64,000 nucleotides of DNA from NCBI GenBank assembly GCA_963677595.1, contig OY782041.1, positions 320,001-384,000 on the forward strand. Reading direction: 5' to 3'. Position 1 is the stretch's first letter. Each line of letters opens with the position of its first letter. Of the stretch, positions 27,694-38,379 are shown piece after piece. The DNA comes from Spirochaetia bacterium. GTDB taxonomy: Bacteria; Spirochaetota; Spirochaetia; CAKZLE01. A program made the translations under genes and the position numbers. The notes beneath the pieces are model-generated. The model had not been told where the DNA came from. It searched no databases and saw only the letters and a list, made by a program, of their open reading frames with translations.

Positions 27694-29010
27694 TTATTTC
27701 ATCAGGTCGAAATTGCTCTGTGCATCCCAGCCTAATCGGTCAGCCATAGCCATCAGCTCAGGTGCATCTTTTGCATATTCTTTCAGGGGAATTCCCTTCT
27801 GAGCTGCATCGATAGCCTGTCTCATTGACTTAGCACCTGCTTGTGATCCCTGCGGGTGCCCGTGAATTGCTCCACCAGCGGCGATGATGCAGTCCGTTCC
27901 CAGGTCCTTGATGACTTCAGGAACGATCAACTGTGTGGTACCGCCTGAGGCTGCGCACATTGTCGGCTTGATATCCCACATGGGCTGGCTGAAGTTACGT
28001 GCTGTTCTTAGATAGGTGCGCTTGTTCAGAGGGAACTTGCCATACGGGCTTCCCCATATAGCCAGGTCGGCTCCGATCATCCTACTCATCTTTCCCACGA
28101 GCAGTGGTGCAGAAACACCATAATAGGGTGAACTGATTGAAGCCCCGGCGAAATCGATGTGGGACATGACCGGGAGGTTGATCTCCGGGTCCTCAATAAC
28201 GGATCGGGCAGCCGAGAATCCGGCAGTGTAGAAGTTGATCATCAGCGCATTGGCACCGGCTTCCTTAGCACGCATTGCATTTTCCCGCAGTTTGTCAGCA
28301 CGGTCCGTGATATTCACACAGTAGAGGGTATGCTCACCGGTTTCCTCAAACACCTGGCGTTCCTTCTCGATAAAGAGCTTTACACGCTTCTCAAGAGGGC
28401 AGTACGGGTGGTCAGCAGGCAGTAGCTCATCATCCTTGATGACATCACAGCCGCCTTTTGCTGCCTGGTAGAACAATTCTGCTCCCTCTTCAGGGGTCCA
28501 GCCTGTATTCGGCTTGATCATGGCGTTCAGCAGAGGTCGATCATATACGTTCAGCTTCTCCCTCAGTCCATGTGTACCGAATCTTGGCCCCTGGTATTTA
28601 TCAACATAACTTTTAGGGAATGCACAGTCGAGGAATTTCACCTTCCCTGCAGATGCCACATTCCCGATAACCGTTGACATGAGCATTGGCCAGCTGTCCC
28701 CGATAAAGAAGGAAGGAAAGGCGACCTGCACGATGACCGGCCTTTCACCGATGATCTCATCGCCGCAAGGGTCGGGTATCTCATACACAGCAACGACCTT
28801 CGCACCGAATCGTTTCTGGACTTCAGTAGTTTCTCCCCCGACAGAAATCCAGGTACCGGTTGACTGCTCGTCAGCCAATGCCTTGGCAAAAGCCTCTACA
28901 TTTGATGTAGGTGTGTGGACCAGGTAGGTAGCGATGATGTAGTCCTCGGAATAGGCCACTTCCGGATACGAGTGAAGCAGGTTCCAATCGTCAATAGATT
29001 TTACATACAT
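27694..29010 (-). CDS. RuBisCO-like protein (form IV)
   Basis: EQSTGTW, GPRFG, IKPNTG, IKDDE, SGG, GGAIHGHP; K177 and R295 equivalents replaced; no rbcS or prk nearby. Confidence 0.93.
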   Translation of the reverse strand: MYVKSIDDWNLLHSYPEVAYSEDYIIATYLVHTPTSNVEAFAKALADEQSTGTWISVGGETTEVQKRFGAKVVAVYEIPDPCGDEIIGERPVIVQVAFPSFFIGDSWPMLMSTVIGNVASAGKVKFLDCAFPKSYVDKYQGPRFGTHGLREKLNVYDRPLLNAMIKPNTGWTPEEGAELFYQAAKGGCDVIKDDELLPADHPYCPLEKRVKLFIEKERQVFEETGEHTLYCVNITDRADKLRENAMRAKEAGANALMINFYTAGFSAARSVIEDPEINLPVMSHIDFAGASISSPYYGVSAPLLVGKMSRMIGADLAIWGSPYGKFPLNKRTYLRTARNFSQPMWDIKPTMCAASGGTTQLIVPEVIKDLGTDCIIAAGGAIHGHPQGSQAGAKSMRQAIDAAQKGIPLKEYAKDAPELMAMADRLGWDAQSNFDLMK

Positions 29011-29060
29011 AATAATTCTCCTTATAATAGGTAAGTCAATTTATTCAGATATACTATCTG

Positions 29061-30101
29061 TTAAGCTAAGACTTCGGGATTGAGGCAGTACTTGAGTTCC
29101 TCATTCCGATGGAATCGAGCCAGATCCCCGATTGCACGCTCTATGGCACAGCGAATGGTTATCTGGGATGCTCCCCCGATATGGGGAGTGATGGTCACGT
29201 TCTCGAGCGGAAGATACCGGCTGTCCTTTTTCAGCGGTTCATGCTCAAACACATCCAATGCAGCACCGCCAATACGTTCATGTACCAATGCATCATAGAG
29301 CGCATCCATATCAACAAGCTCAGAACGTGCAGTATTAACCAAGAGGGCATCCTCTTTCATCATGTGAATCTGTTCACTCCCGACCATGTTATGATTAGCT
29401 TCTGTCACCTTAGCATGGACAGTAACAACGTCGCTGCCGGCACAGAGTCCATTGAGGGACATTGGTATACAACCTGCCTCACGTACGGCTTCGTCCTTCA
29501 CATAGGGATCGAACACCGCAACCTTACTGCCCAAAGCCTTGAAGAGCGATGCAACCTGTCGGCCGATATTCCCGAACCCGATAATCCCCACCTGAATTTC
29601 GGTAATCTCCCGGCTGACCTTTGCTGCACTGTAAAAATCACTTCGCCACTTGCCTTTTCTCAGGTCATGGTTTGCAATCGGGATATTCTTCAAGTGGGCC
29701 AGTACCAATGCCAATGTGAACTCCGCCACGGCTGAGAGATTCCTGCCGGGACTGTTGAACAATGGGATCCCGCGCTTTGTCAATTCTGCCAGGTCGATGT
29801 TCACTGCCCCTCCCCTGGTAGCTGCCACCGCCTTCAATTGAGGGAGGGCATCCAACACTTTGGCTGTGACGGGAGCAACATCAGTTACCAGATATTCAGC
29901 ACCAAGCGCTGCCTCAATAACCTCATCCTCGTTTCCGTCGTATTCTGAAATAGCCCCAGTCCCCTTTGCCACGGCCTGGCTCAGATCCAGAGGCCAGCCG
30001 GTACTGTATCCTCCTACCTCCGCGTCGGGAAAGTTCCGCTTGATCTCTTCAGCCATAACCTCATAACGGATGAACTGATTTCCAATTGCCGCTATTTTCA
30101 T
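29061..30101 (-). CDS. D-isomer-specific 2-hydroxyacid dehydrogenase
   Basis: GFGNIG, NTAR, LDVFEHEP, TPHIGG. Confidence 0.92.
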   Translation of the reverse strand: MKIAAIGNQFIRYEVMAEEIKRNFPDAEVGGYSTGWPLDLSQAVAKGTGAISEYDGNEDEVIEAALGAEYLVTDVAPVTAKVLDALPQLKAVAATRGGAVNIDLAELTKRGIPLFNSPGRNLSAVAEFTLALVLAHLKNIPIANHDLRKGKWRSDFYSAAKVSREITEIQVGIIGFGNIGRQVASLFKALGSKVAVFDPYVKDEAVREAGCIPMSLNGLCAGSDVVTVHAKVTEANHNMVGSEQIHMMKEDALLVNTARSELVDMDALYDALVHERIGGAALDVFEHEPLKKDSRYLPLENVTITPHIGGASQITIRCAIERAIGDLARFHRNEELKYCLNPEVLA

Positions 30102-30130
30102 ATGGTAAATCCTCCAATCTGTACTTTATA

Positions 30131-30335
30131 GCACATTTGTTCTGCACATTTGTTCTTATTAAAAACACATTACCATAGGGATTCCAGGTTGTCAAGAAAA
30201 AATATGTTAATTCTACCCTCTGTAAAGGCAGTCATTTTCATCTCCAAAACTGACGGTACTAAGTTTATTACATATTTGACAGATGGGGAAACCCATGCTA
30301 ACGTAATTGAGGAACATATTTTATGCACATTTGTT
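30131..30335. promoter_or_regulatory. Divergent promoters with tandem SorC-type operators
   Basis: GCACATTTGTTCT x2 (30131-30156); GAACATATTTTAT-GCACATTTGTT (30312-30335); TTGACA-N17-TAATGT (-, 30195-30167); TTGACA-N17-TAACGT (+, 30276-30304). Confidence 0.75.
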
Positions 30336-30381
30336 ATTTCCTAATCGATAAAATATATTTCAGGTAGAAAGGAGAAGAAGT

Positions 30382-31911
30382 ATGGGGAACAGTTATATCA
30401 TAGGTATTGATGCCGGCACCTCAATGGTTAAAAGCATTGTTTTTGGTAAGGGGGGAGAAGAACTTGCTGTCTCGAGCCGTAAGGTAGAGCTTATCATTCC
30501 TTCCCAGGGCCGGGTAGAACAGAACATGGATGAGGTATGGGATTCTGTGGCTGAAACCATTCGCGAGGTCCTGACTATGACAGCCATAGACCCAAATGAT
30601 GTGGCAGCTGTCGCTGTCACTGCAGAAGGTGACGGTTTATGGATGATCGGCTATGACGGTAACCCGGCAGGGAATGCCATCAACTGGATGGACAGCCGGG
30701 GGTCAGATCTCTGTGTAAGATGGTACACTGATGGTACGGCAACCAAGATTTATGGAGTAAACGGTTTCCCCATGTATCCAGGCAATTACCTCTGTCTGGT
30801 TCGCTGGGTGATAGAGAACGATCCCGAACTTCTGGAAAACACCGCCTGGCTCGCTGACTGTAAAGACTGGCTGAAGTTCAAGATGACCGGAAAAGTCAGC
30901 AGGGATGAGAGCATGGCCCTGCTGCACGATATCGCCACCACAGAATTCGAACCTGCCATGATCGAGATCTGCGGGTTTGAATCCGTGAAGGATAAATTCC
31001 CCGAGACCTTAGGATGCCTGGAGAACCATGCACCGCTCACTGAGGACATGGCGGTTAAACTGGGATTGCCGGCAGGGATTCCGGTATTTGGCGGGCCCTT
31101 CGATGTCATTGCCTGTGCTGTGGGGGCAGGAGTCCTGGGTGAGGGAGATGCCTCAGTGACGATTGGGACAACAACCATGGTGGCATTGGGCCAGAACAGC
31201 CCGTATGTGGACTCTATCAGCCCTACCCTCAATAACGGCTTCCCGAATAGCTGGTTACGGGTACAGGGCGTCATGACCGGTACACCCAACATCGAATGGG
31301 CTATAAAGAATCTCGGAATGAAATATGAAGAATCCGCAAAACTCAACAACTGCTCCATCTATGAAGAGATTGAGCGGCACATATCCACCGTCAACCCCGG
31401 CTGTGACGGGGTCATGTATCACCCATACCTCTCACCGTCCGGGGAACGGTCGCCTTTCGTCAAACCATCTGCCAAGGCCCAGTTCTTTGGGATTTCCACT
31501 GAGCACACGACAGATCACCTGTTTCGCGCCGTCTACGAAGGTATCGGGTTCTCGGTCATGAACTGTATTGATTTGAGCCAAGCCACCCTGAAATCTTTGC
31601 GGCTGATCGGTGGCGGGTCCAAGAGCCCGTTCCTATGCCAGCTCATGGCAGACATGACAGGGTTGGAAATTCTGGTGGTCGACGGTGAGCAGGTCGGGGC
31701 AAGGGGCAGTTCCATTGTTGCCAGCGTCGCACTTAACCTGTACCCCTCAGCAGAAGAGGCACGGAACCAGTGCATCGAGATCAAGGGCAGATATACACCG
31801 AACCCGGAGCTTGTGGAAAAATACCAGAAGCTGTACAAGCTGTATGTTGCAGTCTATAAGAGCCTCTGGGATACCTGGGATCTTCGGGCAGAGATACTTC
31901 AAGGTCTGTAG
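30382..31911 (+). CDS. FGGY carbohydrate kinase, EryA/L-xylulose kinase-like
   Basis: IGIDAGTS, VTAEGDG, WMDSR, YHPYLSPSGERSPF, YEG, GGGSKS. Confidence 0.9.
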   Translation: MGNSYIIGIDAGTSMVKSIVFGKGGEELAVSSRKVELIIPSQGRVEQNMDEVWDSVAETIREVLTMTAIDPNDVAAVAVTAEGDGLWMIGYDGNPAGNAINWMDSRGSDLCVRWYTDGTATKIYGVNGFPMYPGNYLCLVRWVIENDPELLENTAWLADCKDWLKFKMTGKVSRDESMALLHDIATTEFEPAMIEICGFESVKDKFPETLGCLENHAPLTEDMAVKLGLPAGIPVFGGPFDVIACAVGAGVLGEGDASVTIGTTTMVALGQNSPYVDSISPTLNNGFPNSWLRVQGVMTGTPNIEWAIKNLGMKYEESAKLNNCSIYEEIERHISTVNPGCDGVMYHPYLSPSGERSPFVKPSAKAQFFGISTEHTTDHLFRAVYEGIGFSVMNCIDLSQATLKSLRLIGGGSKSPFLCQLMADMTGLEILVVDGEQVGARGSSIVASVALNLYPSAEEARNQCIEIKGRYTPNPELVEKYQKLYKLYVAVYKSLWDTWDLRAEILQGL

Positions 31912-32001
31912 GAGAGTTTCCTCTTCAACACGGGTACTGAGGCACAATGGGGGTGGCGATGAGTCGCCCCAAGTGCAGCCCAGGATAATCATATATGGAG
32001 C

Positions 32002-32559
32002 ATGAACGGCGTGAGAGAAATCGAGGTAAAATATCAGTATTGGGACACGGACAGGACCCACATCGAGCAGACATGCAGAAAGCTGGGATTCGTTCACATA
32101 AAAACAGTCACTGAACACGATATCTATTATACCCCCTCAGGGAGGAACCTGCTGAAGGAAGGCACCGCTTTTCGGTTGCGGTCAATCATGGAGGGGAAGT
32201 CCGCAAACTGGGAAATCACCTACAAAGGCCCCAATCTCTCCCCAGGCGGGCAGGATCGCGAGGAATTAGAGGTAGCTGTCCAAAACAATGGAGCCCTCCT
32301 TCCACGGATCCTTGAGCATGTGGGGTTCATAAAACTGGCAGAAATTCATAAAACAAGAGCCTACTTTCACCATAAGGATATTACCATATGTATTGATTCA
32401 GTGGTGAATCTTGGCGAGTACCTGGAAGTAGAAATATTGGGGACTGAAGAATCATCTGAGGAAGTTTATAACAAGATAGGCAGCATCATCGATGCATTCG
32501 GTTTGGCTCATATGGAGAACGAGCCAAGAACTTACCTGGAAATGCTTCTTACCCCCTAA
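32002..32559 (+). CDS. CYTH-domain protein (class IV adenylate cyclase/triphosphatase-like)
   Basis: EIEVK (ExExK), DIYY, RLR, TYKGP, REELE, KTR, LGEYLEVE, TYLE. Confidence 0.9.
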   Translation: MNGVREIEVKYQYWDTDRTHIEQTCRKLGFVHIKTVTEHDIYYTPSGRNLLKEGTAFRLRSIMEGKSANWEITYKGPNLSPGGQDREELEVAVQNNGALLPRILEHVGFIKLAEIHKTRAYFHHKDITICIDSVVNLGEYLEVEILGTEESSEEVYNKIGSIIDAFGLAHMENEPRTYLEMLLTP

Positions 32560-32591
32560 TATTTTATTCATTTGTCTGATACGGTTCACTT

Positions 32592-33578
32592 ATGAGAAAG
32601 AAGAATGTACTGATTGAGAGAATGACTCTCTATGATGTAGCAAAGATGTATTACATCGATAATAAGAGTCAGCAGGAAATCTCAACAATCATCGGGGTGT
32701 CCAGACCTCAGATATCCAAGATGCTCAAGGAAGCGAGAGAACAGAATATCGTCGAGATCAGTTTGAATTTACCGGTCGATATTATAAGTTCCAACCTTGA
32801 GAATCGACTGAAAGAGGTACTTGGCATCTCAAAAGTCCATATCGTGATGACCGATGATATTCCCAAAGAGAATTATGACAAAAGACTTGATTCGGTTACC
32901 ATCTTCTTTGCATCATACCTGCTGGACAACATGGTTCGCTTCAAGCGAATCGGTCTAGGCTGGGGTCGGACCCTGTATCAGGCAATCCTGAAACTCCCCT
33001 TCAGCTCAAACCATACTGATACGTTGTTCATGCCCCTGGTGGGAGGTGCCGGTATGGAACCCTGGTACCAGACAAACTCTATCATCGATCGAATCGCTGA
33101 GAAGTTCAAATGTGATACCTTTTTTATCAATGCCCCTGCGTTTGTCCTGAACCCCCTGGTTCGCCAGTATATTTCTGAAAAGAAAAACCTGGGGTTTGAG
33201 ATCAACCAGTGGGAACAGCTTGAAGTTGCCTATTTCAGTGTTGGCGGTTCCCTGCGGTATTCAAAAAGTATCCTTACTGCCATCAGCAACGACAAGATTG
33301 CCGATATGCTGATAAATCGTGGTGCCATAGGTGACATTCTGGGGAATTTCTTGAACGATGAGGGAAACCCAGTTCTTTCGGCAGAAGAGGCGATCAGTGT
33401 CTCCATACCCTTAGAAACATTAGCCGCGGTTCCAGAACGTGTATGCATAGCTATAGGAGAAGAAAAGCTCGAGCTTCTGACCGTAGCTGCCAAGAAAGGG
33501 TATATCACGGAATTAATCACCGACAGCCATACAGCCTTGCAGGCCCTGAAATTGTTTGAAAACACAACCGAGCATTGA
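32592..33578 (+). CDS. SorC/DeoR sugar-binding transcriptional regulator
   Basis: YYIDNKSQQEIS...SRPQISKML, GLGWGRTL, PLVGG, GAIGDI, LITD. Confidence 0.93.
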   Translation: MRKKNVLIERMTLYDVAKMYYIDNKSQQEISTIIGVSRPQISKMLKEAREQNIVEISLNLPVDIISSNLENRLKEVLGISKVHIVMTDDIPKENYDKRLDSVTIFFASYLLDNMVRFKRIGLGWGRTLYQAILKLPFSSNHTDTLFMPLVGGAGMEPWYQTNSIIDRIAEKFKCDTFFINAPAFVLNPLVRQYISEKKNLGFEINQWEQLEVAYFSVGGSLRYSKSILTAISNDKIADMLINRGAIGDILGNFLNDEGNPVLSAEEAISVSIPLETLAAVPERVCIAIGEEKLELLTVAAKKGYITELITDSHTALQALKLFENTTEH

Positions 33579-33862
33579 TGTCTACGTGAGATGACTCACA
33601 CAGCAGGGTTCCGATTCAGGATTACCACACATTTCCCTAACGACATGAGCACTACTTCATTTTTAGTCTCCTCCTCCCTGCACTTGAATCCTGCTCCTAT
33701 TCAGTCTGGACAAGACCGTATTTGATACATAATGGTCAAATACAATCATTATATCCTCACTATTACTGTTCATACTTGTGCATTATACAGCTCATACCAT
33801 AAGGACAATTCAGCTTTCCCGTGGTATACTACCAACAAGAATCACCAGTAAAAGGAGTTGAC

Positions 33863-35983
33863 ATGAAAGATATCGATTTCTCAGTACGTTCCCTCGCCGA
33901 GATCTACGGGGAGAACAGTTTCACTGAAGCATTCATGAAGGAACGGCTTCCATCCAATGTGTTCAAGGAGTTCAAGCGGGTCCAGATGGGCGAGAGCACA
34001 CTGACCCGGGAGACTGCGGAGATCATCGCCAACTCCATGAAAGACTGGGCTCTCGAGCGGGGAGCCACCCACTTCTCCCACTGGTTCCAGCCGCTCACCG
34101 GGCTGACTGCTGAGAAGCATGACTCATTCATCAACCCCTGCAGTGACGGCACGGTGCTGATGGAGTTCTCCGGCAAGGAGTTGATCCAGGGCGAGCCTGA
34201 TGCCTCCTCCTTCCCGAGCGGAGGGCTTCGGGCGACCTTCGAGGCCCGCGGGTATACCGCATGGGACACGACCTCCCCTGCGTTCATCAAGGATCAGGAC
34301 GGGGTGAAGACATTGAACATCCCGACGGCATTCGTCTCCTATACCGGCGAGGCACTCGATAAGAAGGTCCCTCTGCTGCGTTCCATGGAGGCAGTGAACA
34401 AGGCTGCCCTCAGGGTACTCAGGGCATTGGGGAACACCACCTCGAAACGGGTCCACGCCCATGTCGGCCCCGAGCAGGAGTATTTCCTCGTAGACAAGGA
34501 GCTCTTTGCAAAACGGCCGGACCTGCTGCTCACCGGTCGCACCGTCTTCGGGACGATGAGCGCCAAGGGGCAGGAGCTCGATGACCACTATTTCGGCGCG
34601 ATCAAGGAGCGGGTAGCCAAGTTCATGCAGGAGCTTAACCTGGAACTCTGGCGACTCGGCATCTCCGCGAAGACCCAGCATAACGAGGTAGCCCCCAACC
34701 AGTTCGAGATAGCCAATGTATTCTCCACGGCGAACTCAGCTACCGACACGAATTAGCTCGTCATGGAGACGCTCAAGACCGTTGCCAACCGTCATGACAT
34801 GGTAGCGCTGCTGCACGAGAAACCCTTCGCAGGGGTGAACGGTTCCGGCAAGCACGACAACTGGTCGATCGATACCGATGACGGCATCCGGCTGCTCAAA
34901 CCAGGCGAGAACCCACAGGAGGATGCCCAGTTCCTCCTCTTCCTCACCGCAGTCATCACCGCAGTGGACCGGTATGCGCCCTACCTGAGGTTGACTGCCG
35001 CGAATGCGGGGAATGACCACAGACTCGGGGCCAACGAAGCCCCGCCGGCAATCATCTCCATCTTCCTCGGTGACCAGCTGACTGAGATCCTGGACTCCAT
35101 CGTCGACGGCACTCCCTACAGGGAGCGTGGAGGCGAGATCCTCAAGATAGGGGCAACGACGCTCCCTTCCTTTCCGAGGGATATATCAGACAGGAACAGG
35201 ACTTCGCCGTTCGCCTTCACCGGCAGCAAGTTCGAGTTCAGGATGGTAGGCTCCTCGCAGTCCCTGGCAGGACCGAACGTCATGCTCAACACCACCGTGG
35301 CCCAGGTACTGACGGAGTTCGCGGAACGGCTCGAGCAGGCTGATGATACGATGGCCGGGATCAATGCCGTCATAAAGGAGTATTATACCACCCATCGAAG
35401 GGTAATCTTCAACGGGAATGGCTACTCGGATGAGTGGGTCGCCGAGGCTGGGAAACGGGGACTGCCGAACCTGACCAATACCGTCGATGCACTGACCCGC
35501 ATGCTCGATGAGGAATGCGTGGACCTCTTCGCGAACCAGAAGGTCCTCAGCAAGGAAGAGCTGGAGTCACGGCTCGAGATCTACCTCGAGACCTACAGCA
35601 AGCAGGTCAACATCGAGGCTGGGGTCATGTTCGAGATGGCGAAACGGCTGGTCGCCCCGGCCGTGAACCGCTACCTGCAGGAGATCATCACCTCGGTGAA
35701 GGAACTGAAGAAGCTCGGGGTGGAGTCCCCGGAGCAGATGAAGCTCATCCGTACGATCACACAGCTGATGAACGATCTCCTCTCACGTGCAGATGAACTA
35801 TCAGACAGGATCACCGAGGCCCTTGCTATCGGGGAAGATGTGCTTGCCCAGGCGAAAGCCTATCGCGGGCAGGTCGTGCCGGCGATGGCAGCACTCCGGG
35901 AGAAGGCCGACGCACTGGAGAAGTGCACCGATAAGAATCACTGGCCCTACCCCTCGTATGAGGATATGCTCTTCAGGCTGTAG
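33863..35983 (+). pseudogene. glnA: Glutamine synthetase type III interrupted by an in-frame TAG (34754-34756)
   Basis: [62 protein letters not shown]; both ORF halves in the same frame. Confidence 0.85.
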
Positions 35984-35990
35984 TAATCAT

Positions 35991-36018
35991 GGAGATCCAG
36001 CGCATGCTGGATCTCCTG
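35991..36018. terminator. Hairpin between convergent genes
   Basis: GGAGATCCAGC-GCAT-GCTGGATCTCC. Confidence 0.65.
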
Positions 36019-36025
36019 TTCACCG

Positions 36026-36862
36026 CTAGCTGCAGAACGCCGCTTTCAGGGTAGCGGCATCCTTCGCCGCCAGCTCAAGATAATCACTGCCTGCGAACTC
36101 GGGGGCGAAATAGAAGGTCTCCGAGATGAACCAGCCGGTATAATCGAGGGCATTGATCGCCTTTACGCACTTGGCGAACCCGCTCTCCCCCTCACCGATG
36201 AGGCGCATGGGGGTCGTGTACTTGGTGAAGTAGCCGTTGGCATTGCGGACACAGTCCTTGACGTGGAAATGGTCGATCACCTCCGTGCCGAGCTCGGTGA
36301 GCAGCGCATGTGGCTCCCCGATGCCGTAGATCGTGGGGTTCATGGTATCGAAGCAGATCTTTAGTCCCGGTCCCACGATGTCGCGCAGCTCCCGGATCTC
36401 AGCCGGGGTCATGTCAGTCTCCATGGAGAGCTGCACCCCGTTCTCCTCACAGACCTCGATGGCATAGCGTATCGCGTCTGTCACATAATCGTACTCCTCC
36501 CGGTTCATGATGCTCGTAGCAGTCATCATCATCGTTGGGATCCCCATCTTCCTGCAGGATACCGCACCGTTGAGCAGGCTGATCCTCGCTTCCTTCCCCT
36601 CTGCACTCCGCGGGGCTTTATGGATGAATCGCTGCTGGAAGAGCGTGTGGAGGTGCAGGGCCTGGAAGGTGATCTCGTTCTCCTCTGCCGACCGCATATA
36701 GGCATCCCGGATCGTCTGGTTCATGAAGGGGTAGGAATTCCGTGATCCCCCGCAGTCTGCCAGCTGCATCCCCTCGAACCCCGCCTTGTGAGCCATACTG
36801 ATCGCGATCGGTCCCCAGCACGGCAGGGAAAACTCGCATACGCCTATCCTGTTTCTATCCAT
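36026..36862 (-). CDS. Sugar phosphate isomerase/epimerase (xylose isomerase-like TIM barrel)
   Basis: GFEGMQL, MET, CFDTMN, HFHVKD, IGEG, YTGWFISE. Confidence 0.85.
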   Translation of the reverse strand: MDRNRIGVCEFSLPCWGPIAISMAHKAGFEGMQLADCGGSRNSYPFMNQTIRDAYMRSAEENEITFQALHLHTLFQQRFIHKAPRSAEGKEARISLLNGAVSCRKMGIPTMMMTATSIMNREEYDYVTDAIRYAIEVCEENGVQLSMETDMTPAEIRELRDIVGPGLKICFDTMNPTIYGIGEPHALLTELGTEVIDHFHVKDCVRNANGYFTKYTTPMRLIGEGESGFAKCVKAINALDYTGWFISETFYFAPEFAGSDYLELAAKDAATLKAAFCS

Positions 36863-38379
36863 CTCTGTCTCTCCTTCATAAAATTACAATGTATGTAATT
36901 TAAATATCTTTTTAACGATGTTTTCTTATCGTTATTTGATTATAACCGATTATTACTATTCTTACCACCATATTCCGAATTGACTCATCAGTAGACAAAC
37001 TGCCCTCTTTTATCTAAGATCTTCTCATACCTTCAGGAGCAGGCAGCATGGGAACCATCAAGACCGTCTCCGGCAGTATCTGCCGCGGGGCACTGGTAAC
37101 AGTCTCTCTTCTCTACATGATCGGGGCACTCTCCCCGGCAGACCTGTCATCGGTCCTGGGGATCGGCGGCTTACTGATCATGGTCTCAGCGATCCCCCTG
37201 GTCAAACCCTCCTACGGGCGGCCGGCTGCTGTCTTCATCCTGCTGTCAGCGATCGGATACATCCGGTACGGCATGACTGTAGATGTGGTGACAGCCGGGA
37301 TCAACTCCATGCTTTCGATCGTTGCCATCATCACCGTGCTGCAGCTCTTCATCGTCCCTATCAGGGCTGGAGGCTATGATACCGCCCTGAACTGGTACCT
37401 GAAGAGACGCTTCACCACTGAGGCAGGACTCTATCTCTTCATCAGCCTCATCGCCCATTTCCTGGGAAGCTTCATGCTCTTCGGGACGGTCCCGATGCTC
37501 TATGCCCTCTTCGGGAATTCCCTGAAGGAGATGGTGCGTGAACCGGGCAGGTTCACTGTCACAGCCATTGGCAGAAGCTTCACCCTGGTCACACTCTGGG
37601 CCCCCGGGGCGGTCAGCGTCGTATTGGTGCTTGAGAGTACCGGGGCAGCTTGGACCGCGATCCTCCCATCAGTACTGGCGATCGCCCTCCTCGGGCTGCT
37701 GACCTCCCTGGGCCTGGAGCAGGTACGCATGTTCAAGGGAAGGAAGGTCACAGCAGATGAGGCAGATACCCTGTCGGTATCGAACGGTGACAGCAAAAAG
37801 ATCGTCACGCTCTTCGCCGTCGCCGGGATCCTGCTGCTGGGTATTCTGGCTATGGACCTGCTGGACCTGCTCTCAAGCGGTTCAGCACGTGTGATCGTAG
37901 TCGGGCTGGTCATCGCACTGGCCTGGACCTCCCTGCATAGGAAAGGGGGCAATGTACGGAAACACATCGGTGAGTACTGGAACAACTCGCTGAGCATCGT
38001 ACCGGACCTGACGGTGATGTTCCTCGCGATGGGGATCTTCACCGAGGTCATCAAAACCACCCCGTTCATAGGGAATATTGAAAGCTGGATCATGGAGACA
38101 GCCACTAGTATGGGAGCCTTCTATTTCTTCATGATCCCACCGCTGATCATCGGGCTCTCCCTGACCGGGATCCATCCCTTCATCGGGGTGATCTTCCTCG
38201 GGAGCCTGCTCTCATCAGCCATGCCTGACCAGACCAGTCTGACGGCCCTCGCCCTCCTCCTTGGGAGCGCCATCTCCTATTCCGTCTCACCCTTCGCAGG
38301 CACGCTCATCACCCTGTCACGATTCGCAGGCTGTTCACCGGCGAAGGCAGCATTCTCCTGGAACGGGATCTTCTCTTTA

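Noticed and set aside
27694-29010. Carbon-fixing RuBisCO / Calvin cycle
   Set aside because: K177 and R295 equivalents are substituted; no rbcS, prk or cbb genes nearby
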